Shown one piece after another: positions 51,977 through 64,000 of a stretch of 64,000 nucleotides of DNA; position 1 is the first letter of the stretch; each line of letters starts with the position of its first letter. The position numbers and the translations under genes were made by a program. The notes below the pieces were generated by a model that searched no databases, was not told the origin of the DNA, and saw only the letters and a program-made list of their open reading frames with translations. The DNA lies in NCBI GenBank assembly GCA_016748015.1, contig JAAOMT010000504.1, forward strand, positions 106,781-170,780, written 5' to 3'. Source of the DNA: Geosiphon pyriformis uo1 (lineage: Eukaryota > Fungi > Glomeromycota).

Positions 51977-54010
51977 ATGAATATGATAATGTTATTGACT
52001 TTAAAAAAAAAGTCGTTAATTTTACCAATAGGCATTTTTATTGCTTTATCAGTAATAATAATCTTGATGCTAGTAGCATGATTAATTTGACAACCTAATT
52101 GGTCCATAAGTTGTTATGTGATAATGTTACTAGCTAATTTACTATCTAGAATTAGTTTGATGAACTGATTATTAACTTTAACATTAGTATATATTGCAGT
52201 AATAAGTTTTGATTTAAATGCAACTTCACTAAATAAGAGTGTTTCAACTGTTTTTTTAAGTTTAAAAAAAAAGATGGTGGTAAATGATTTGTTTTTGGTA
52301 ATTGTTATTGATAGAATATTGTTGAGAGGTATTTGAGTTTGATTAAATTTTAATGAGTTAGATGTGTTAATTTCAGAAGATACTAAAAGGCTTAAATAGT
52401 GTTGAGCATTGGAATTTTAAATATAGCTAGTTTCCAAATTTTGCTGTTAAGATCCAGTTTGCTGGACTGCTAAACTAGAAATCAGTTGGTGTATTACCAT
52501 TGCTGATTGCCAATTCTAACAGATCTGAGTAGTTTTTAGTCTTTGGTTTCTGTTTTGAAATAAGTTTTGCAACTGATTCTGATTTGGTTAAGACTAATAA
52601 ATAATTTGGAGCTGAAATGGTTGATAAATTATTGGTGTTGGTGATTAATAGATAAGTGGTAATGTGGTTGATATTGGTATTATTTAAGTAATTGATTATT
52701 GATGTAATTCTGAGTTTAAAATCAGCGATTGTGGTTTTAATACTGATTTTCTAATTGTTGATTGCTTAAATATTTGTAATATTCAAATTGCAAATATCTT
52801 TGTTTATCACAATAGTAATAATTACATATTTCTTGTCACTATTGTTGATTGATTAATGATAATAGACATAATTGATTTTGGAAACTATTTGGGTTTTCTG
52901 AATTATTGTGGCATTGTAGTAGTTAATAAATTGCCTGATTATTAACTAAGTATTCTTCTAATTTTTGATTAATAGAATTACTAAATTGTTTTAATTTGAA
53001 GTCCAATTCAGATAATTTATTTATTAGTAGATTAACAGCTTGGACATAATTAGCTTTTAGCTTGGCTAATTCAAAATTTTGAACATAAGTAACTACATCT
53101 TAAAGAGTTTATAAATGCATTGGATATATATATTGTAGAATGCTGTTATATAGCCCACAAATGAACTGGTTTAAAATCTGTGATACTGTAAAATAATTTG
53201 TGTCAATTGCTTGTATTTGGTGCAGGTTTCTATGGAAGCATTCTAGATAAGTAATAACAGCTTCAATATCTTTTTGTTTAATAATTGTGAAAGTATTTGC
53301 TAGATAATTGATGTTATTATTATTACTAAAATATCTTAAAAATTTCAGTTTAAATGCATAGAAGTTTTGGAGTTTCTGGATTAAGTTTTGATACCATAAA
53401 TTAGCAGTATCTTGAAAAAAATATAGGATTGCCTATAATGCTCTGGCATTGTCCTATCTATTGGCTGTAATGGTTTTTTCTATATTGTTGAGCCATACTT
53501 GGATATCATTTTCTTTGTTAGTGAATTTTTTGAGTTTTGTGATTGGAACATAAGTTATCAGTGCTAATAGTAGTTATTGTTGTTGTAATTGTGATTACTG
53601 TTAAAGTTGTTGCTAAGGTAGTGGTTGTGACTGTTGTTGTTGCTGTTCAGCAATTAGAGCAACTAATGAATTTATTATGATTACTGGAAATAAGTATTGG
53701 GAAACAATGAGAGCAAAATTTGGATTGTTCAGATTTGGCTGGGTTTAAACAATTAGAGTCTGAATTTCTGGGTTTTTTGAGATCAGATTTTGGATATTAA
53801 TTTCCTAATTGCTATCTTCTTTTTCTTCAGAGTCTGTTATTTCTTAAAGACTGATAGCTTCAAAATCTGGTGGTAGTAATGGTGATCAAAATTTTAATAA
53901 TATTATTAACCATAAATTAAATCTCTCAAAATAATTATTATAGATTTTTAATAACTTAGCTTTTTCTTGTTTACTTTGGAATGATATTTTGGCTAATGGT
54001 GTTTTTGTAT

Positions 54011-54895
54011 TGTTACTCATAAAATATAAGAAGTATATTAGCATATAAATTAGCCAATCAGAAATAGCCATAGTAAATATAGAATTCTAGGATTCCTCTC
54101 AAAGGAATTACAGAATTTCAGAAATTTCAGAAATCTCATACAAGGAATTGCAAGATTCCAAAATTCCAAGATTCTTTTCAGAAAAATTGCAGGATTCCAA
54201 GAATTCCAGGATTCCTGGTGTAAAAAATTGAGGAATTGAGGAATCTCAATTATGTATATATAGCAGTAACATTAGAAGTAAAAAAAACAGACCTCTTAGT
54301 TTAGATTTGATCTAAGCAACCTTCTTCTCCACAAATATCAATAAATAATTATTCACTATCTCAATCTACTTTCTACTATCAACACTTTATGTTGATAATA
54401 ATTAATACTTAACCACACTAGAACAATAGCTCTTGATCATAGTTATTGATGGAATATTAACATTTATTGCCTTGACTTATGTCTTTATTTTTTTTTTATT
54501 TTTTTATTTTTATTTTTATTTTATTTTTTTTGTGATTTCTTTTGTTTACTAATTGATTAAAAAATTAAAAACACTAAATTATTGACATCAAAAATAGTCT
54601 GGTAAAAGACCCAGAAATAAGAGTAGAATTACATATATATTAATAGATAACTTACTAAAAAGACATAACTGCCAGAATAAATCCAGCTGCCAAGCTGAGA
54701 AAAAAATTGGGCAAAATTGCAATTCCAAAAGACTACTAAGAAGACAACAATTAAATCTCTGTCTATTATACAAAAAACTCCACAACAAAACCTTCAGATC
54801 ACTTAAAACTTCAGATATTAACATCATTCATCAATTGAGCACCAAGTTACAGGTTTTGTTATTTGATTTGAGACCCCAAATAATTACTTGTAATA
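54011..54895 (+). repeat. 5' LTR of G (U3 type 1)
   Basis: TGTTACTC...TGTAATA followed by PBS. Confidence 0.95.
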
Positions 54896-54915
54896 TTTGG
54901 TGCTCTCTGTGAGGT

Positions 54916-57900
54916 ATAATCCTACAGAGAACCAGTACCAACAACAATTATCCAAAAGTGGCAGAATCAGAAATCATAGGAACAAACTATTTAGAATTCA
55001 CCAAATTCTTGTTTCAACAATACAGTCAACAATTAGAATTAAACAATAACCATTTTCCAGCAAAATCAGCCTTCAATTTTTACATCAACAATAAAATTAC
55101 AGACTGTTTAGGAGGAACAGTTAACATTAAATCTGCAAGAGAAAATTTTTATACAGAATTGTTTTAATATACCAGCTTACCAAAAAACTACAATTTTGCA
55201 CCAATCATTAGGGAAATCAATCAAACCATTGAAAGATACACCCAACAACAATTTCCCATCATCTATGTAGACAAAGACAAAGAAAGATTGCAAACACCAG
55301 CAATAATACCCAAAAATATACAACCACCCACTTAGAAAAAAACCAGAGTTGAATTATCAACTAATCTATCATACTATTATATACCAAGAAGTGCTATCAA
55401 TATCTTCTCAACAGACATGTTTACATCAAATGTGACATCAACTTTTGGATAATTCCTATTTTAAAGTAAACAAAAAAAAGCAGAATTATTAGGACTATAT
55501 GGTGAATATTTTGAAGGATTTAAATTACGATTACCAATGCCATTAAGATTTTGATCACTGCCATCTCAACCAGATTTTGGAACTGTAAGTTTGTGGGAAG
55601 TAACAGAATCAGAAGAAGAAAAAAGTAAGGATCAAGAAGTTACTTATCAAAACCTGATCCTAAAAAATATGGAAATTGAAACTCCAAAATTTTAAACTTC
55701 TTCAAATCTGAACAATCCAAACCCCAAAACAATTAATTAGCAAAACTTACCTCCAATAATTGTCATCAATCAGCCACTAATTGAACCAATTATTAAACCA
55801 ATTCAACAGCAGCCACTTCAACAACCACAACAACAACCAATGGTCTATGCTCCAATTGCCAAAATAGAAAAATTTACTGGTGAAGAGAACAATGCCCAAG
55901 TATGATTCAACAACATAGAAAAAGTTATTATAGTCAATGGATGGAATAACAACAGAGCCCTTCAAATAATTTTCTATTTTCTGCAAGATACCACCAACTT
56001 GTGATATTAAAGTTTAGTTGCCAAATCTTAAATGTTCCAGAAATTCAAAATTGCATTCTTGGGATATTTTAGTAATAATAACAGTATTAATCACTTAGCT
56101 AACACCTTTATCACAATCAAACAGAGAGAAACTGAAGCTATTACTACTTACTTGGAATGCTTTCACAAGAACTTGCACCAAATCCAAGCAATTCAAGCTG
56201 ACTATTTTACAGCACCACAGATTCTGAATTAGTTTATCCATGGTCTGTGCAGTAATCTTCTCCAACACATATGACCATTACACCCAGCAACACTTCAAGA
56301 TGCAGTTACACAGGCTAGGAACTTTGAGTCAGCTGAATTAAAGGCTAACTACATCCAAGCCATGAATCTAGTAATAAATAAATCATCTGAATTGGATTCC
56401 AAATTGAAGCAATTTAGTGATTCTATTAATCAGAAATTGAAAGGATACTTAGCTAACACCAATCAGGCAATCTATCAACCACTACAATGATGCAGCAACC
56501 AAGGAAACTCTAATCATTTTCAAAATCAACTATGTCTGGCACCATTAACCAATCAACAATGACAACAAAAAATGCATGCTTGCCACTATTGTGGTAGACA
56601 GGGATACTTACAAATAGACTGCCACTAATGTTTAAATAATCAACAATTGAGAAATCAATATCAAAACTCTAATTGCCAGTTTCAAACTCTAACTTATCAA
56701 TTAAACTCAACTTCATATTAACCAACTTATCTGTCATTAATGCAACAGTCAATGTATCAACCACTTGTATATCAACCGCCAATTTATCAACCACAGTCAC
56801 AAGCCATGTATTAACTACAGCCACAAATAATTTATCAAATTCTAATACTGCCATTAAACTCAGCTCAGATGACATCAGAAAATTCCAGATCAAGAATCAC
56901 CCAAAACTAGAAATCAGTAATAATTGTTCACCAACCAATTCTCAGTTCATCTAATCAGCTGTCAGGATCATGCCAGCAGAGTTCAGGAACTGAGTATACC
57001 CAAAACCCAAGTTCTTAGAATTATTTAAGTCTCTTGGTTATTTTAGAAGACGCCTTATCCAACAACTTGGAAATAAACCAGAAATCACTTACCAGCAACA
57101 TACCACCAGCCACTGTTATAGAAAATGAATCACTTACAGCTATATTCCCCTTCAAAATTGAGGAACTGTCAAAAACATCTTTGTTCAGTGGAGCCACACT
57201 CAAGGAAAAACTCATTATGGCAATATACACTAATACCAAAATTGATGGTTATTTTATCAAACTAATTCTAAATAGTAGATCAGCTGACAGCATTATCACA
57301 AAACAGCTCATAGACTAATTAGGTCATCAAGTTGATTGAGCTGCCAATGCAAGGATAATTACTGCTAATAGAGCCACCAAGACTCCAATTGGTAAAATAA
57401 ATAACTTATCTATCAAAGTTAATATCATTGTATTAATCAAGGTATTAGTTATAGAAGCCACTCAGTACCAAGTATTCATTGGCAATAACTGGCTGTCCAA
57501 ATTCAATACAACACTTGATTAAAACATCCAAAAGCTTTAACTTAGCCAGAACAGTCGACACACATGTGTACCAGCCACATGTGGCCACTTTAAGTCTATT
57601 ATTATGCCATCAGCACCACTCATTGAGTTTGAAGAAGAATAAAGAAAATTTACCTGGGAGGCATATTAAATTTCTTGGGCCAATAACGATCACAATAAGC
57701 TATCACCGATTCTACATTGGGGAGAAAAAAACAAAGAAAAAAAGAAAAAAAAAAGAAGACATACATAAAGAGAACCAGAACAACGCAGAAATTAGCAGTT
57801 GAAAAAATTTTTACTCCACAAATACCAGGCCAGAACCACCTTATATTTCACTCAGGTATAAAGACTACAAGAAAAAATTATTCTCCATGGGAGCTTGGGT

Positions 57901-60900
57901 TGCACCAAATGAAAATTACTGGATGTGAACCCACTATTACTGCAAGTCATATCACCAAGAACAGTATAACTATCCAAAACAACAAGACAAGTGGGACAAC
58001 AAACCATGTCTCACTTGTGGAGAACAGTTGCTTGATAAAGGAATATGGAATAACATTTCTAGTCAAGAAAGAACATGTGACACTTTGTACCAGTACATGA
58101 TCCTTATAAATGACTGGATAAGCTGTGGCACTTCCATTACAGCAGTCTGGCACTGAGCAATAACTTGCTTAGATGATTATCCACATAATGAAGACAAGAT
58201 TTGGAGAATGATAAATACCAAAATAGAAGGAGCCATGTCTAGTAAAATCTTAGAAATTAAAAATAATCCCCCAGAACCAGTTGACATCATTTTCATCCCA
58301 AACCCAGATGCTTTTTTCAACATAGAGACAGGCCCAGAAGAGTTTCATGAGCACTATTAAAACTTGGCACCAACAAGAGAAGAGTAAGAACAATGGTTGG
58401 AAGAAATAAACACAAAACTATGTGACCATTGTTTGATTCCATATGACTTTTAGTATTGTAATAAGTGTGATCTCATTTACAATCCACCACTACACATGAT
58501 TTACACAATCCCAGAGGAAAAAAAACCAATCAGCAGCTGCACATCAGAATTGGAATTAATTTTCAATCTCAATTCAAACTTCGACAATAATGATGATAAA
58601 AATAATGGTTCCAGTTCTACTTAAAATGACAATGAAAACAATAACAATTTAGACTCTAATTCAAACCCCAAAACATACATCACACTTCCTGATCTTACCA
58701 AAAAACAAGAACTGAAATGGTTTAGTGATAATGATGAAGATATTATATCAGAACAAGTGCATGATACTAATGTAGAGTTTGATCTAAGATATCTGGAAAA
58801 AGATGCCATCAAATTGGAACCATATATACACACCTGCATTGATCTCAAAATAACACTAGAAATTTTAGCAACAACAATAGTCCAACTAGCATTTAGGAGT
58901 AGTTTAGCAAAAAAAGGAATCAATATCAAAGAAGAAATAACTGATGCAGAATATGTGGGAAATATCATTATTATGTTACAAAATGACTCAGAAAAGGCCT
59001 ATATCATAGAGCCAAACAAAAAGATAGCATATGTAATATTCCTGTTTCTGGTTAAAATAGCTCAATTAGTATAAGTGAGAAACAGAGAAGAATTAGGAAT
59101 TACAGCAAAAGGAATACAGGGATTTGGATTCACAGATAGAATAAATATATTAGTCAATATGGCAGAAGAAGAGGTTATTGACAAAAAAGAAATTATCTCC
59201 ACCTGTCAACTAATCTCTATTCTATCATATAACCAATACATAGTAGTCATAGAGAGAAAAGTGAAAGACCAGGTCCAGATTTTTGAAGCAAAAGCAACCC
59301 TTTGTGAATCAGAAAAAATTGGATTAGTTAATCTACACATACCAGCCAAGAACCACAATCACATTAAAATTCCCATTTACAACAACACAAAAGACATCAT
59401 TGAGATATCTGAAGGGACCATCATTGGATACTTAACCACTGAAATTGAAGACCAATTGTCAAACACCATTCCAGACTTTCCACAACTGTGTGAATACATG
59501 GATATTATATCATAAACAATATATGGATGAGAAGAATATTATCTGCTCTAACCAAAACAATTGGAACAGATGAACTTGAGAAACTTAGACCCACTTCAAC
59601 AAATGCAACTCAAGATATTACTCAACAAATTCAATAACATCTTTGCCAGTGAAAATAAATTTGGCCATACTGATATCATCCAGCATCAAATCAAGACTAG
59701 GGATGCAATGCCAATAAAACAATGAGCATACAGAGTACCACCAACCAGTTATAAAATTATTTGTTAAGAAATCAATCAGATGCTTGACAATAGGTTAATT
59801 CAATTATCAATGAGCCCATAGTCATCACCAGTGATACTAGTCCATAAAAAGAATGGAAAAATTTGTTTTTGTGTAGACTACCAGAAACTGAATGGAGTAA
59901 TAAAGAGAGATAGCTATTCAACTCCAAAAATCCAAGAACTGTTCAATGCATTTAGAGGAAAGAAATAATTCTTAACTTTAGACTTAGACAATGATTACTG
60001 GCAAGTAGCCATAAAACCGGAAGATAAAAAAAAGACAGTTTTTACAATGCAAAAAAGAAATTTCGAATTTGAAGTAATGCCATTTGGCTTAATGAATGCT
60101 CCAGCCACATTCCAATGGCTTATAGAAATTGTTTATAACAAACTATTATAGAAATCAGTAGTCATATATTTAGATGACATCAATGTGTTTTCAAAAACAT
60201 TTGATAATCATCTGTATTATTTTCAACAAGTATTTGAAAAACTCAGATGAGCAGGATTGAAATTAAATGCAAACAAATGTTTCTTTGGCAAAACAGAACT
60301 CAAGTTCTTGGGGCATGTTGTGAGAAAGATGACATCAAAATAGATCTGAACAAAATTGCAATAGTAAAGAACTTTTTAGTACTAACTAACTTGACAGAAT
60401 TAAAAGCATTTTTGGAATTTGCAGACTATTATTGCTGCTTTATCAAAGACTTTTCTAAACTGGCTCAGCCATTCCATCATTTACAAACCAAAAATAAGAA
60501 GTATGAATGGACAGAAGCTAAACAAAAAGCATTTGACACATTAAGAAGAAAGCTTATTCAAGTTTCAGTATTGATATATCCAAATCATAGCAAACCATTC
60601 ATCATCATCACCAATGTATCAGACCAAGCATTGGAAGCAGTATTATTACAAAGAAGACTGGATGGAAGAGAACATCTAGTAGTATATGCCAACCAAAATT
60701 TGAGTTCAGCTGAAAAAAATTATAGTACACCAGCATTGGAACACTTAGCAATCTATTGGACAGTCACAAAATAGAAGGAATACTTGAGCCAAAAGTTTGA
60801 TGTGTATACTGACCACAAAAGATTAACTTCAATCTAGAAACAAAAATTTGGGGATGATTGTCATGTAAAATAGAAAATAGCACTATTACTATATATATTT

Positions 60901-60969
60901 ACAGTACATTATAAAAAGGAAAAAGACAATGGAAATGCTGACAGTTTGTCGCAAATAAGACAAATCTAA
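54916..60969 (+). pseudogene. gag-pol: Gag-pol polyprotein of G (best-preserved copy)
   Basis: Same frame from the leader through Gag ATG 55840, CCHC-like 56581-56622 and protease; dUTPase ~58746-59140 (GIQGFGFT); RT YLDD at ~60165; RNase H stop 60967-60969. Confidence 0.93.
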
Positions 60970-61001
60970 AAACATTTAAACCCAAAAAATATAACAAAAA
61001 G

Positions 61002-62375
61002 ATGAATATACAAAAATACCAACATTATATAAATATCCAATTATTCAAGAAAAAATTATCTCAAAAAAAACAAAACAACATAAAACAACAATCAAAATAT
61101 TTTATTAACCATTAAAATATACTTTACCAAAAAAACAGAAAGAATTCAGATCAATCAATCAAAGTAATTACAGAACCAGAGAAAGAGACAATATTATTTA
61201 ACATGCACTCAAATCCAACAGCAGGACATTTTCATAAAGAAGCAACTATAGAAAAAACCAAAAAGAGATACTATTGGCCATCAATGTATCTAGACATCAT
61301 CCAATATGTTCAAAATTGTGATGCTTATCAGAGAAGAGGAGGAGCAAAACCCAGTGAACCATTGAGACCAATCAAAGTGAGACAACTATTTAATCACATT
61401 GGAATTGACTTAGTTGGACTATTAATCATAACCAGCAGAGGCAATAGATATATTGTAGTAGTCATGGATTATTTTACTAAATGACCAGAAGCAAAAACCA
61501 TTCAAAGAACAAATGCAGAATCTGTTGCCAAATTCATTCATCCAAATTTGATCTGTCAACATGAATGTCCAAAAGAACTACTATCAGATCAAGGAACTCA
61601 CTTTGTGAATAAAACATTGGCAGAATTAAGTCAAAGATTTAGAATAAAAAGACCATTATTATCACCATATCATTCACAAACTAATGGGCTAATAGAAAGA
61701 TTTAATAAAACACTGTGTGAAGCAATTGCTAAAATCAGCCAAAAAAACCAGGATGAATGAAATTTGTTCATACCATCAGTACTATTTGCTTATCAGACAA
61801 TAAAGCAAGATACAACACAGACAACATCATTTGAATTAGTATATAGTAGAACAGCAATATTATCAGTAGAGATAAAAGTACAAACATATCCAACAGAACT
61901 AATAACAGAAGAAAATTTTCAAAGAACATTATTGAAAAGAACATATAACTTGATGGAAACTTTAGAAAACAAATGGTGAAAAGCAGCTGATAACATTCAA
62001 AAGTCACAAAAAAAACAAAAAGAAAGACATGATAACCAACTATTATATAAACCAGTTGAATTCAAGATTGGAGACAAAGTACTTTTATATTATACTAAAG
62101 CAGAAAAACAATGGAGTAGAAAATTTGACCCCAAATGGAATGAATCATTTCACATAGAAAAAATTCTAAAAAATAGAGCTTATAAATTAAGATAGAACAA
62201 CAAAATCTTAGCCAAAGCAGTACATGGCAATTGACTGAAACTATATTATCATATAGTATTATTATTTACCAATAACATTCTACAACTGAGAATACAACAA
62301 ATACTAGTCTAACCAGATGAAATTTCACAAGATCTGGAACCAATAATAATTATTGAACTAAATACGTCAAATTGA
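61002..62375 (+). pseudogene. int: Integrase ORF of G
   Basis: MHSNPTAGHFH...YYWP...NCDA, GIDLVG, LSDQGTHF, ERFNKTL in track ORFs 61203-61979. Confidence 0.92.
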
Positions 62376-62429
62376 ACAAATAAAAAAATATAAAAAGACA
62401 TAGTAAACATGATAAAAGATATTAGAAAA

Positions 62430-63060
62430 ATGGAAATTACTGATGACATTTACTTACTAGCACAACAACTCTTCCAACTAATTCAAAAACAGGATATGAA
62501 AATTATCATTAATTAACAAACCATTAGATACAAAGATACTAGGAAAATACCTCAATACAAAGTACAGAAGAAACCAGAAAACACTGTTAAAAAAATAATT
62601 CTAAAAGTAAAATTGGCAATAGAAAAGCCAACAAATGTCACCACAGATCAAAAAGTAACTAAAAAAAACTTGAATATAGTGAATACAACAATTTCCAAGA
62701 AACTTTTGCTACTTTCACTTGGGACAACATCTGAATATTCAGAACTTATATACAAATAAAACAAGATAATTATTCAATACAACAATACTACAACAACTTG
62801 AAAAATTTGTGGGAAAAAACAATCTAACAACACAAGCAAGAGCCATTTACAAATTGTATGTTGGATTTCAAGATCAATCAGAAATCTTACTTAATCTGGT
62901 AATAGATACCATCACTATTAACCAGATGAGAAAAATAACCAATGTCCAATTTGAAGAATTACAGAACAAGATAACACAAATAATTCTTGAAAAAGAAATT
63001 GAAAAAATACTTAACAACAGAAAATTAGAATTAAGAGATCTTAACAAAGCTTAATATTAA
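62430..63060 (+). pseudogene. ORF3 type 1 of G
   Basis: MEITDDIYLLAQQLFQLIQ...ARAIYKLYVGFQD...DLNKA; includes track ORF 62809..63054. Confidence 0.8.
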
Positions 63061-63073
63061 AAGAAAAAAATAA

Positions 63074-63936
63074 TATTACTTATAAAATATAAGAAGTATA
63101 TTAGCATATAAATTAGCTAACCAGAAATAGCCATAGTAAATGTGGAATTCTAGAATTTTTTTCAAAAGAATTGCAGAATTTTAGGAATTTCAGAATTCTC
63201 ATACAAAAAATCACAGAATTCCAGAATTCCAGGATTCTTCTTAAAAGAATTGCAGGATTCCAGGAATTCCAGGCTTCCTGGTGTAAAAAATTGAGAAATT
63301 GAGGAATCTCAATTATGTATATATAGTGGTAACATTAGAAGTAAAAAAGACAGATCTTTCAGTTTAGATTTGATCTAAACAACCCTCTTTTTCACAAATA
63401 TCAATAAATAATTATTCATTATCTCAATCTACTCTCTACTATTAAAATTTATGTTGATAGTAATTAATACTTAACCACACTGAAACAATAGCTTTTAATC
63501 ATGGTTATTGATGGAATACTAACATTTATTGTCTTGACTTATGTTTTTATTTTTCTTTTTTTTATTTTCTTTGTGATTTTTTTTGTTTACTAATTGATTA
63601 AAAGATTAAAAGCACTGAGTTATTGATGTCAAGGATAGCTTAGTAAAAGATCCAGAAATAAGGGTAAAATTACATATATATTAATGGATAGCTTACCAGA
63701 AGAGCACAACTGCCAGAATAAATCCAGCCATCAAGCTGAGAAAAAAATTGGGCAAAATTGCAATTCTGGAAGACTACTGAGAAGACAACAATTAAATCTT
63801 TGTCTATTATACAAAGAACTCCACAACAAAATCTTCAGATTACCCAAAACTTCAGATATCAATATCATTTATCAATTAAGCACTAAGTTACAGATTTTGT
63901 TATTTGATTTGAGACCCCAAATAATCACTTGTAACA
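63074..63936 (+). repeat. 3' LTR of G
   Basis: TATTACTT...TGTAACA after a purine tract. Confidence 0.95.
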
Positions 63937-64000
63937 GCATTTAATGTAAATGCACTTGTTAATGTTATGTTGATGATACTTCTAAGTATGTAATAGTATG
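63937..64000 (-). mobile_element. Continuation of element E (gag N-terminal extension)
   Basis: YYYILRSIINITLTSAFTLN matches the leader of B, D, G (YHY-PGS-INIS). Confidence 0.85.

Larger units (their letters stand above)
54011..63936 (+). mobile_element. Full-length Gypsy element G (~9.9 kb), inserted in the gag leader of E
   Basis: LTRs 54011-54895 and 63074-63936, PBS 54898-54915, TSD GTAT/GCAT; removal restores E frame SAFTLNTKTPLAKISFQSKQ. Confidence 0.97.

Noticed and set aside
56673-56954. Thr/Ser/Asn-rich ORF overlapping gag, and antisense ORFs such as 32599..32991 and 58621..58968
   Set aside because: Alternate-frame or antisense shadows of the YQP linker and pol; no independent start context or motifs

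Overview
Very AT-rich eukaryotic DNA, about 85% nested, decayed retroelements, with one intact, CpG-retaining spliced gene (about 46.6-48.9 kb, minus strand). The repeat families and intron style suggest a Glomeromycotina fungus, perhaps Geosiphon-like; this is recognition, not a search result. One Ty3/Gypsy family dominates: three full-length ~10 kb copies (B 5543-15566, D 30177-39999, G 54011-63936), a 3' part (A 1-2990), two truncated minus-strand copies (C, E) and a solo LTR (F), with TGTTAC...GTAACA ends and 4-bp TSDs. Its reconstructed layout is unusual: one long frame (300-aa N-terminal extension, Gag, CCHC, protease, unknown Cys-rich domain, dUTPase, RT, RNase H) ending in two stop codons shared by all five copies, then a separate integrase ORF, then a TATA-preceded ~210-aa ORF3 in the env position. 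ORF3 comes in two variants, each paired with its own U3 repeat array. An RNase H-containing LINE family is present as one long copy split by Gypsy insertions, one 5'-less copy, one 5' stub and one short 3' stub. Repeats show heavy C>T/G>A transition decay. The intact gene encodes a PD-(D/E)xK nuclease-like domain fused to a compact protein kinase (Crinkler-like/FunK1-like). Its 5' region shows microexon and recursive-splice-like signals. All alignments and translations were done by eye.
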